A stretch of DNA of 64,000 bases, from positions 682,001 through 746,000 of the forward strand of contig CBFFRQ010000031.1 of NCBI GenBank assembly GCA_965644315.1, given 5' to 3'. Both the position numbers and the translations under genes were made by a program. The stretch is from Caecitellus pseudoparvulus (Eukaryota > Protista > Bigyra: Bicosoecida). This document shows, piece after piece, positions 41,708-52,458 of the stretch. How positions within the stretch are numbered: the stretch's first letter is position 1; every line of letters starts with the position of its first letter. The notes below the pieces were generated by a model. It was not told the origin of the DNA. It did no database searches and saw only the letters and a program-made list of their open reading frames with translations.

Positions 41708-43566
41708 CTACGTCTTGCGCTCGCCCTCGGCAGCCCCTGCCTCCCGTGCCGCCCGGCGCACTTCAGTCCTCATGACCGTGTCAATGGAAGCCTGTGTGGC
41801 GTCTGCCAGGGCGCTTTGCACGTCCTTCAACTTCCTCAGCTGGTCCACGCTCATGTCCCCACGCGTCTCCCCCAGCAGGTGCCCCAGGCGGCGGCGCAGG
41901 CGCTTGGAGCCCTCCATCGTCTTCAAGTGGTCCACCACGAGCTCCCGCCCACGCTCCACATTGACGCGCTGGCTGAGGGCGGCAAGCACCCACCCCACCA
42001 AGGCCCCCAGGAGGTGCAGGCCAGCCAGAGCCCGCCATGTCCCCACATCGTCCAAGGCGTCAGCGTACGTCGGCGCAGCGCGGCCCCGCCCCGCCACGGA
42101 AGCCAGCGTATTGTACGCCGGAAATGCAGCGAGCAGCGCCAGCATGGCCAGCGCGTACGCCCCCACCATGCACCGGGCGTACCACCGCACCCGCCCCGCA
42201 TTCGCGTTGGAATACAGCGCTGCCTTGAGCAGCATAGTGCTCCGTGCGCCACCGCCCATGGCAGCAGCGTTTGCCGCCACGTCGTCGTCGTCCACGTCTC
42301 CGTCCCCGTCGTAGTCCAGCAGCTGGGATGGGTCCTCGGCAGTGACTCCCGAGTCACTCTGCGCAGGTGTGAACTGGCGTGTGGCGTCCACACTGCCGAA
42401 GCGAGTCAGCACGTGGATGGACCCCAACAACGCAAGGGTGGTTAGGACATTCACCCCAAATCGCACTGGCCCTGCTACATTGGCGTAATTCTGAGCCGTG
42501 CGGGGGGGGGGCGGGAGCGAGGCGTGCGGATTGCGGAAACGCGGCGGGCGCGCAGTGGCAACGCACCACCACGAAGGCAGCGTCGTCATCGAATTGCTGG
42601 GCTACCACAACGTTCATGAGGCTAATTCCACTGAGCAGGCCCTGCACGAGGAGGAACAGGGCCTCCAACCCTTCCAGCCAGAATGCAGAGAAAGGCTTCA
42701 CCTGCCCCACCGGCGAGCTGGCTTGAGACGATGGCTCATCACCACGAACAGGCCCAGTGGCGTCCGTTTGACCCATTGAACGCGGTGCCGCCATGCCCCG
42801 GGCCTGCCCGAGGATGCGCCGCTGGAACACCCCAGTGGATGGCGCCTCCACATACAGGCTGCCAGCTGCCGTTGGAGGCGGCGCCGCACCGAAATCTGTG
42901 TTAAAGGCAGCAGAGCTGGCTACAAGTCTGGCTTTGTCATGAACACTGATGGTCCTCGTGTCCAGGTCCACATCGGCGAGCTGGGGGGTGGGAAGAGATT
43001 CGAATGCGGCGGGGGCGGCTGGCTGGCGTTACGCTGGCGTTACGACGCACCTTCTCCTCTGAGCTGTACTTCTGCTCTGGAAGAGCGTGGGGCCGCCTGC
43101 TATCAGGGCTGTGGAGAAATCGACTGTCTGAGGCCCTTACATCGGCTGGCTGCTCCCGCTGCTCGCGCGTCGAACTTGCCCCGGTAGATGCTCCTCTTCC
43201 CGGCCTGCGGCTTGGGAGCGTTTCACGCCCAGCTCCTGCGGGTGCCTCTTCCCCACTGCCCGACTCAGCGTGCGGAAGGCGAAGGGCTGCCGGCCGCCCA
43301 GAAGCACCTGGTTTTGCCTCCCGTACACCACCTGCATCATCCACGCCTCTTTGTGCTTCGGTTGCGGAGGGAGCCTGCCGGCCACCTGTGCTGGCTTGGT
43401 CGGCTGCGCTGCTCGCTGGCGCACGCCTGCGTGCGCCAGCGAGGGGGCCAAGCACTGGCCGGCGACTGCCACCTTGACTGCTTCCTGTGTCGTAATCGCC
43501 TGCCTCGTCGTCATCCAGACGCAGACGTCGAGCAACCCTGCCGCCTGGGGGTTGCCTGTCTGCCAT
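41708..43566 (-). CDS. TMEM237-like ciliary transition-zone membrane protein
   Basis: Disordered N-terminus, LYVE, then four TMs (QGLLSGISLMNVVV; NYANVAGP...LTTLALLGSI; AYALAMLALL; WRALAGLHLLGALVGW). Same pattern as TMEM237. Two inferred introns. Confidence 0.65.
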
Positions 43567-43738
43567 GCTGCTCGGTGGCTGGCCGAGAAGAGGCGCAGCG
43601 CTCACGACAGGTGGCTGTCACGCAGCTGGGAGGACTATGTGTCACAAGGTGAGCAAACCATGCTGCTGGAGCCGGTCTCCCTGGTGTTGTTGAATTGGTT
43701 CCTGGACAGTCAGTGCTGCTGCGCCGGGAAGGAGAGCG

Positions 43739-44218
43739 TCACTCCATTCGTTTGAGCTGCCGCAAGAGAGGCGGAGCGAGTCCCAAGCACAGCCAGGCCG
43801 CAAGTATCAGGTCGAAACCCATGCAAAAGCCTGGGTACCAGGAGGGCACGTGGGGGGCGCCATCTGACGGCAGCGCGCCGTGTGCTGGCCAGTGCACAGC
43901 GTGCACGCCCATGTCCCAAGCACAATGTGCCGCCCAGCCAGCAGCAGCCAGGAAGGGGGAGCGGGAGGTGGAGGAAAACACCGCCATCATGCCATACGCG
44001 ATAAGCCCCGCAGCCTCCAGCGGCAGCCAGTGTGCTCGTGCTGGCGGGTGCCACAGGGCAAAGCCAATGTACACCAGAGCAGCTGCGCCGAGAGCAACGT
44101 TTGCCACGTGCAGCTGGGCGAGGAGGCGGCGCGCAAACAAGCCTTGAACAGCAAGGACAAAAGCATAACCCAATCCTGCTCCGATGCTTACTTCCAGTAA
44201 GAGGCCCAACGCCTCCAT
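43739..44218 (-). CDS. Small multi-TM protein, bacterial DUF6010-like
   Basis: ALVYIGFAL, LEAAGL, AAGWAAHCAWD, VPSWYPGFCMGFDL. Intronless. Confidence 0.7.
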   Translation of the reverse strand: MEALGLLLEVSIGAGLGYAFVLAVQGLFARRLLAQLHVANVALGAAALVYIGFALWHPPARAHWLPLEAAGLIAYGMMAVFSSTSRSPFLAAAGWAAHCAWDMGVHAVHWPAHGALPSDGAPHVPSWYPGFCMGFDLILAAWLCLGLAPPLLRQLKRME

Positions 44219-44480
44219 CGCCGTGCTCTGCGACGTGGCGCAAGCGGCGTGGTGTTTGTCACGGCAGATGAAACGCAACGAAGCGACACCTGGCAAGTGG
44301 CCGAGGCGCGTCGGTGACACCAAGCTCGAACAAAATGGAGAAACAAGGCAGAGAAGCAGCACTTAAAGGTAAATTCGGTGCGATATTACTGCACGTAGCT
44401 TCTGCTCAAGCCTGCTATGCCCACCGACCTTGACGGGCGTGCCGGTCCACGGCGCAGCAGCCCGGTTGACGCCACGCTCA

Positions 44481-45506
44481 CTACCTTCCGACAGCACCAA
44501 GACTGCTGTCTGTGCGAGGATTTGCAGTGAAAGCTTGCACCGTCACAATCAAGTCGTTTGCAGCGTCCTGTGCTTCCCTCAAGTCGGCGATGTACAGCAT
44601 GCGCAGCACAGTCACGGCAGCATCCACAGCCGCATTGCCCGTGCTGATGCCAGGGGGGAAGGCGGCTAGGTCCACATCCTTGGACTCCTCTGCGGCGTAG
44701 GCGACGCCACCCGAGCTGTCCAGGTAGGGGAGAATGCGCCTCCGCAAAACTCGCCCGCATGCACGCAGCAATGCCTCGTGGTCACCCCCGTGCTCTGAAG
44801 CATCGACTTCCAGCACCGCTGCAAGCTGTTGTAGCGCCTTGGATGCGGTTTCGTCCAGGGTCACTGCAGAGTCGACCCTGGAGGCCTTTGAAGGTGCGCT
44901 GAGCCCGGCACCCGAGCCAGCTTGTGCACCGGCCGCTGAGACAGGCTGCTCTGCCTCCACAACGCCTGCGACGGCAGCGGCAACAGAAGACTTGGGGGCG
45001 GCAAAGGCCGCATTCACTGTCAGGTTTGTCTCGTCGGCTGCGAAAGTGCTCCAACGGGGCGAGGTGTGCGGCAGGACGGTGGCTTGGCGTGGTGTCTCAG
45101 TTTCCGCACCTGTGTCTTCGTACTGCATCGCAAGCGCCTGCCCAATCAGCCAGTGCACATAGATCTGAATACCTTCTACATCATACCCTGCCCCTTCTTC
45201 CAACAAGGGGCAGCCTAGTTCCCGCAGGTACCTTTCGAAGTGGGAGTGCCAGGCCGCGTCTGGCACTGCTGTGGCCTGGAGGCCTGCTCTCTCATCCACA
45301 GGCCAGTGCCGCACGCAGGCGCCTTCCAACCATGCCACCAGCTCAACGACCTTTGACACAAGCACTGCGCACGAGCGAGATGAGCTGCCTTGCCTGGTGC
45401 TTTGGGCCCCTCGACGCTGCGGCTCACCTTGGCCTCCAGCTACCACAGCCTGCGGGCTGGCATGCCCCAGCACAGCGAGCTTTGCCGATAAAGAGAGCAA
45501 AGGCAT
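44481..45506 (-). CDS. RTRAF: RTRAF / C14orf166 (tRNA ligase complex subunit)
   Basis: LVAWLE, FERYLRELGCP, LRMLYIADLR, VQAFTANPRTDSSLGAVGR*. In-frame introns 45365-45427 and 45038-45109. Confidence 0.92.
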   Translation of the reverse strand: MPLLSLSAKLAVLGHASPQAVVAGGQGEPQRRGAQSTRQGSSSRSCAVLVSKVVELVAWLEGACVRHWPVDERAGLQATAVPDAAWHSHFERYLRELGCPLLEEGAGYDVEGIQIYVHWLIGQALAMQYEDTGAETETPRQATVLPHTSPRWSTFAADETNLTVNAAFAAPKSSVAAAVAGVVEAEQPVSAAGAQAGSGAGLSAPSKASRVDSAVTLDETASKALQQLAAVLEVDASEHGGDHEALLRACGRVLRRRILPYLDSSGGVAYAAEESKDVDLAAFPPGISTGNAAVDAAVTVLRMLYIADLREAQDAANDLIVTVQAFTANPRTDSSLGAVGR

Positions 45507-46036
45507 GCTAGTTCGAGGCGTGCAGAACCCAAACAGCCCCACTACACGCTGCCAACAAAGCACGTGCTTCGCATGCGAAAGCCTGCTGATGTCGTGCAGC
45601 TCCTTCTTCCTCTGCGGATTTGGCAGGCCGCGCACATTGAGGAGCTGCAAAGCACGCACCCCCTGCCACCTGACAGGGCAACGAAGGAAAGGCACAGAAA
45701 CGGAGACAGCTCATACCCACTAAGACCGGCGCTGCCTGGTTCCGTGCATGCGCGTGTCGGGCCAGCAGGCACCAGCTGCCGGTGTGTGACTTTGTTTCCT
45801 GCCACGCTGCAACTCCGGCGCGCCCACATTCCACAGTCACAGCCACATTCCCACACAAGAAACGTGCATGCCGCGGCGTTGATGAGTGACTGGGTGCCTG
45901 TGCCGATTGCCTTGCTCCCTGCCTCCTCCTGCGCGCGCGCTGCAGCTACCCAGCGGCGCGTGCGGTATTTGCGCGCGTTGACTTGCACCGCTGCTTGCCC
46001 CACGCACACCACCGTGTCAGCGAAGCATCAGCAAAA

Positions 46037-48178
46037 ATGGCGTGCTTCTGCTTAAACCGAAAAGATCAAGGAGACGATGAGGAAAGGGACCATGATGACG
46101 GCGAAGCAGTGCAAACTGTCTCGTTCCAGCACAAAAACGCCACTGCGTTGACTCTAGCTCTGCTTGCCGGGGTGGCGCTGGTCATTGTCGGGCTCACCGT
46201 GGAAGGTGCTGTGCCAACGCAACAGGCTCACTACATCACGATGGCTGGGGCGTTTGTGGGCGGGTTGCCAGCTGGGCTGCTGGTCAACAACCTCCTGCAG
46301 TCTTTGTCCAGCTTGCTTGGCTTGCCGGCAAGCGCCAAATCGGCCGTCAAGACCGCTAACGGTCCTCTAACGGCACTTTTCTTCACCGCATGTATCCGTG
46401 CAGTCGTCGAAGTGCTATTTGTGGGCTCCCATGCTCCATCAGAAGTTGTCCCATGGCGTTCCTGGACCACCTACTGCTTCATGCTGGCAGGGATGTGGTG
46501 GGTTCGCCGGATCGTGTCCCGCGCTATCCAGCACAGCATGGTGAAGAAAGTCGTCGGGGTGAGTGACGTAGCGTTCTGCAACGCATAACTCCATGGTGTG
46601 CACCATGGGGGCCGTCTTTGCCTTGCGCAGGAGAAGCTTGCCCGCATGATGTTCCTGAACGAAGCAGTCCAGCGCTTGACCGACGCATACGCAGGTCAAC
46701 GCGACGCGAAGGCTCAAGACAAAGCTTTCAAGACTGCAGGGGCCGTGCTAAAAGAGGCAACATTTGAAGAGAAGGCAAAGTGGGCCCACTCATCCTTTCT
46801 CACGGCGTATGCACCCCGGTCCACTTTCCACGCTGCCAACAGCACCGAGGCTGCATCCCTTGCAAGCCAGCCGGTGGACAACGCAGTCATGCCGGTCAAG
46901 ACGGCGTCAACTCTGGTAGCTGTAGCACGAGCTACCTTCGCACGCATGGTGGGTCAAGGAAAAACAGCGCAGGAGTCTGCCACTGCGCCTCAAATGTCCA
47001 GGGTGGACAGTCGCGGTAGCGCTGGGAAGTCCAAGCGGCAACTGGTGCCAACTGGGTCCTTCGTCGCCCCAGGCACCAGCAGCAGCGTGGCACCTGTCTC
47101 TCAACTACCCAACACCACCGCAACTCTCATGGCTCAAGCAGACAACGGGCCGGACGTCAACACGCAACACATGATGGAGCAGGTGGGTCCCAAGTGGGCT
47201 GGGCCACTGATGGCGCGGATGGACACCAGCGAGAACAATAGCCTTACAGAAGATGAATTCGTCGACGGCATGCTTCGCCTGTACCATGACTATTACGACA
47301 CGAAGCGCGCCGCCCTGGGAGACTCCCCGATCGCCGGAGCCTTCGGCGTTGTGATGAACTGTGTCATCGTCCTCGTCGCCATCGCTGGCCTGCAGTTCAT
47401 CGTCGGCATCCAGCTGACAGACTTCATCGTCACCTTTGCAGCCATCGGACTTGGGCTCTCGTTTGCAGTGGGGAGCTCCATTGCCGCCTGCGTGCGGGCG
47501 TTTCAGCTGGTCACCATCATCGCGCCGTACGCTGTTGGGGACAAGGTGCAGATCGAGGGTTGGAACGACACGGGTGTGATGGACGTCGCCCGCATCGACA
47601 TGCTGGTGACAGAGTTCAGGGACTTCAACACTGGCGTGCCCATCATTGTGCCAAACTCTGAGATCCTCTCCGCTGCCATTCGGAACTTGTCGCGGTCCAA
47701 CCTCGTCAAGGCCGTCATCGTCTTCAGGTTCAAGGTGAACCCGAACATGACGGCGGCAGACCTGGGGCAACTCAAGGCCTGGCTGGAACGGTACTGCAAG
47801 GACCGCCCTATGGACTGGGAGTCCAAGGTGCGCGCTCGGGTGAAGCCGTCTGAAGATGGCATGAAGATCAAGATCAAGCTGCACCACCACCGCTCGCTGC
47901 GGGCTTCCCAAGCGCGCAATGCTCGCTCCGACATCTTCCTCGCCATCAACGACAAGATGCGGTCCATGAACCTGCTGTTCACTGAAGCTCCCAAGCCTGT
48001 CGTACTCGTTGCTCCAGACAGTCTCAAGTGGCCTGGGCAGGCCGCACTGCCCCCCAGTCAGGTGGGACAGCAGTCCCCTGCAAGTGGGACGCAAGGCGAG
48101 GAGGTCTTCCCCTTTGAACCACAGGACTTGACGACTTCCAGGACTCGTCTCTCGCCAATAGGGCACAGGGAAGCCTGA
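46037..48178 (+). CDS. MscS-family mechanosensitive channel with EF-hand
   Basis: N-terminal TMs, EF-hand DTSENNSLTEDEF, GLSFAVG, PYAVGDKVQI, IIVPNSEILSAAIRNLSRS. Intron 46559-46630. Confidence 0.88.
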
Positions 48179-48417
48179 TCTGCCAGCAACACGGCAGCTG
48201 TCCTTGGCAGTGAAACGTGCCGCTTCACATCGAGCAGCGCAGCAGAAGTCTGCGTGCCTGACTCAAAACAATCCATCCTGACATCATGAAGAAACAGACC
48301 CTCCGAGCCACTGATGAGAAGCACCACCGGCGCGGCCCTTGGACCCTCCCTCGCAGTTGGCTGTGTTGCCCATCGACGTTCGCCGCTGCGCCAGGCCAGC
48401 ACCTTCGCAGCAAGAGC

Positions 48418-49940
48418 ATGGCTGAGAACCTGTGGCTCCCCCCAACGCGTGTGGGCGGTTTTGGTGCAGCTTTCGGGACGTCCTGGCTACAAAGCTGCCA
48501 AAGCAAGCTGGGTGATGCGGAAGAAGCCGACATCAGGTGCGCTGGGCTTGTGCCTTTCTGCTCGCCTCGCACCCTGCGGAAATTGATGTGTCACCCTTGC
48601 TTACGCCCACGCCAGTTTGACGGGCCTTGGAGGAGACACGATCCCACTGGTCATCGACAGGGCCATCAAGCGTCGTCTTGATGCTGACGGCTTTCACGCT
48701 GAGGACGAGGATGAGCGTCCACTGACCCAGGGACATGCCAAGCGAGCCCGCACTGGTGAGTGCTTGCGCCGGCAGGATGCGGCAGGATCGCCGGCTGACC
48801 CAGGCAGTCCCCCTCCGCGCAGAGGACTGCAGCAGCGCTATCCATCCTCATGGTCAGGACTCTGGCGCGTCTTGGACGGCGGCAGCTGCCTCGGCAGCTG
48901 AGGGACAATCCCACGCAACGCAGCTGCTGGCCTTGCCCGAGCCGCTGCCACAGGCAGCTGCACTGCAGGCCGAGGCTGCAGCGACCTTCCCAGCCCTCAG
49001 CCAGCACGTGCAGCACCTAACTTCCGTGGCACAGGGCTCCAACCGGGCTGATACAGCCAACGTGTTGCCCCCCCACGTCCCCTCGCAGTTGGCACGGCGA
49101 GCCACACTGCAGCCAGCAGCACAAGGCGTGGCGCGGGCGCCCGGCGACCAGCAATTCGTGCCCTTGGCGCAGGGGGAGACCATTCTCCGTGTGTCCGTGT
49201 ACAGCGCCTCAGACGCCAAGCGGCGCGCAGATTTCTGCGTGCTGGGCAGCCAGCCCCTGACCGCTCTGAAGGACGCACTGTACTGCCCTGCCGACACGCC
49301 CCATGGCAGCCACGCCCTGCCAGCCTCCTACTTCTTCATCGAGGGCGTGGCGTACGACGACACGCGCCCTGTGCACGTGCGGTTTGACGCGCATGGGCGC
49401 GTGGCTGCAGTGGGGCGGGCTGCGCTGCTCCCCACCCCGCCGCCCACAGACACAGCGGAGGCGCCCGCCCCTGGCCGCCTGGCGTCCCTGCAGCCCCCAC
49501 GCCTAAGCAAGCCAGTGGTGGACTGGGCCCGATCTGCCCTGCGCCGCCGCCGGCCAAGTGGCTGGGGCCCAGTGCACTCCGCAGACATGAGCGAGACACG
49601 GTTTGAGCAGCTGAGCGTTCGTCTGGGCGCGCACTACCTCCTCCTGCACGCGGGGGACTGCCAGCACGTGCTGGTGTTCACAGACATTCACGAGGCACAC
49701 GCGGGGGACGAGCAGAACGCCCTGCAGTACCCCCTGCACATGCACCAGAACAAGGTACACCGCCGCACCTGTGACACGTGCAAGCTGCCAGCCACGGTGC
49801 AAGTGTTCGGGGACCGCCTGGCGCGCTCCTCGCCCGCGTACATGTGCTCTCAGTGCTACTATGCCCTGCACTACAAGAGCCCTGCGGGGGAGCAGCTGGC
49901 GTACGCGGACTACACCGTGTACCCCTACGCACACGATTGA
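48418..49940 (+). CDS. SNAPC3: snRNA-activating protein complex subunit 3 (SNAP50)
   Basis: VLGSQPLTALKD..YC, YFFIEGVAYDD, LGAHYLLLHAGDCQH, CDTC...CSQCYYALHY. Two inferred introns. Confidence 0.9.
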
Positions 49941-50097
49941 GCAAAGCACTCGCGGCACTGGTCCACACAGGCCCTGCAGCGCGACGTCGCACACACTTCC
50001 CTAATGCAACTTGTCCTCCACATGCCAAGCCGCCGCAGATGGAGACCGCAAGCCTCAGCGCAAGGCACCCTCCTCGGAAGCACCACCAAGGCGCAGA

Positions 50098-51786
50098 ATG
50101 TCAGCCGTCGCGGCTGACGCGGGTGCGCCTGCTCGCCGAGCATGCTGGCTGGACTGTGACCCTGGTCATGACGATGCTCTGGCCCTCATTCTAGCTGGAT
50201 TTTCCCCTTCTCTGGAGCTGATTGGAGTCAGCACAGTGGCAGGTACGCCCATTAGCGTGATTGGCGTGTGCAGCCTGCGGAAATTGCACCACCCCGCCCC
50301 TTCCCAGGGAATGTGAGCGTGGAGAAGACGACAAAGAATGCCGCACACATGCTGCACGTCCTGGACCTGTGGCGGGATGTTCCGCTGTACAAGGGCTGCG
50401 CCACTCCGCTCCTGCGTGCCTTGAAGCCGTGCCCAGAAATCCACGGTGCGACGCACAGCCACTGCAGCCCCTTCAACCCCGGCAACGGCAACACTGACAC
50501 CGCACCTTGCACTCGCGCAGGGGACTCGGGCCTGGGCGGCAAGGAAGGCTCTGCCGCTTTCCCTCCACTTCCGGACGACTTTCCTTGGCGAGCTCAGCAT
50601 GCTGTGGAAGGCATGTGGCAGCGCATTTCTTGCTGGCACCACTACGGCTGCGCAGTCCCCGGCGAAGGCGCAGCGAAGCTGCCCGAAGGACAGCGCCCGA
50701 AAGTCACCCTCATGGCTACTGGCGCCCTCACCAACGTGGCAGTGCTGCTGAAGACCTACCCAGCCGTCACACGCATGCTGGAGGCCATCGTACTCATGGG
50801 CGGCGGGTTCACACGAGGTCAGTCCAGCGCTCAGCCAGCGGCGAGGGGCAGCGAGTCCAGCCCACGCCACCCCGCGCTGCACCTCTCCCTGCGCAGGCAA
50901 CACGCGACCTTTTGTCGAGTTCAACATGGAGACAGACCCCGAGGCCGCGGCAGTGGTCTTCAACGCCGGCTTGGGGCACACTGGCGCGCCCTTCGCCATG
51001 AAGCACCACAAGGACCAGCTGCTGGCGCACGAATTCGCCACAGGCAGCGGCGCAGCCAGCGCTGTCCCTGCCGCAGACCCGTCCAAGGTGGGGAAGGGTG
51101 CGCCACTGGATGCAGCCCACGCAAAGCTGCACGGGGATGCTGCCAAGGAGGGTGTGCAGGAGGAGTCCAGCCTGGGCAAGGGCATTTCATTCATTGAGCC
51201 GGCCGTGCCCATGGCGCAGCTTGGCGCCGCCATTCAGGCCCGCATCGGTGCGCAGGTGTCCGTGCCAGGCGTCACGCCAGGCGACGCCTCCATCCCCGTG
51301 CCAGTCGTCATGCTGCCGTTGGAGGTGACCCACACGGCCCTCGTCACAGAGGACGTCCTGTCCCGCATCAACGCACTGCCAGGGCCCACTGGCGCTGCGC
51401 CCTCGCGCTTTGCCGCTCTCATCGCCAGCCTGCTCGTCTTTTTCCGCGACTCGTACTTGCACGTGGAGGGCATGCCAGACCCCCCCCTGCACGACCCCTG
51501 CGCCGTCGCAGCCGTCATCGACCCCACCAAGTTCGACTTCACCCACGCGCACGTGTTCATCGACACGCACTCCCTGGTGTCTCCCGGCGCCACTGTGGCC
51601 GACCTGCGCAATGTCTACCGCCTGCCCTCCAATGCCCGCAACGCATACGTGTCGTCCAGCATGGACGTCAAGTGGTTCTGGGAGGTCATGCTGCATGCTT
51701 TGGAGGCCGCCAACGCTGCCTGCGTCATGAATGCGCAGGCAACCGAGGCGGACCCGCCAGCCAGCAAGCGGGCACGCAAGGAGTGA
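50098..51786 (+). CDS. Inosine/uridine-preferring nucleoside hydrolase
   Basis: [15 protein letters not shown]|GN, IH|[42 protein letters not shown]. Three inferred introns. Confidence 0.93.
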
Positions 51787-51824
51787 TGACGCCACCATGA
51801 ATCCACTTCCGCCCAGGACCAAGC

Positions 51825-52193
51825 CTACGCCTTCTCCTCCTCGTCGTCGTCGCTGTCGCCGTAGAACTGGTGCTCCTCGGCTCGTTGGCGGAGGTACCCA
51901 GCAATTTCGTTGGCCCGCCGCTCGAGGCCTTCAGACACCGTCTCTGCAGGTTTGCCTGCGGACGCTCGAGCCTGGCTTGGCGCTGCGACAAACACAGCCG
52001 TTGGTGACAAGACCTGCTCAATGAACTTCTTAGCCCCAACTGCGCTGTCATCAATGAAGGTCAGGTACTCGATCGTGGCTTGGTCACTGCACAGCCAAGA
52101 GCAAGGCGGAGTGCTGCGTGGAGTTTCAGCACCGAAACGCCCGTGGAAACGAGCTCACCTCTCCAGGAAAATGCCCCGGTAGAACTTTACCAT
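51825..52193 (-). CDS. GTF2H5: TFIIH subunit p8 (TFB5)
   Basis: Spliced MVKFYRGIFLES|DQATIEYLTFIDDSAVGAKKFIEQVLSPTAVFV matches the TFB5 pattern (G.LIE.D...L..D....KFII..L....FV). Mostly missed by the ORF track. Confidence 0.82.
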
Positions 52194-52458
52194 GGTGAAT
52201 GAAGATGAAACTCTTCAGTGGGTTGAGAACCAGGCTTCCTGCTGCAGGGACAGGCTGGACTGTTGGGCAGAGCAAGGCTGCGCGGCAATCAAGCAAGTGC
52301 TGGGGATTGCACAGGCAAGTGCCAGCGACTCTTGTGCTAAAGGTGCTGAGAACTCTCTCCACCTTGGGTGCTTCTCTACATGTGCAGTCTAAGCTACATA
52401 ATGGGACGTGAAATTTGCAGACTTTCTGGCTCAGCATGGAGGGGGGGGTACGAGCGAG

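Noticed and set aside
47220-47262. EF-hand on the MscS channel as a novelty
   Set aside because: EF-hand-bearing MscS-like channels are already known in fungi (Msy1/Msy2).
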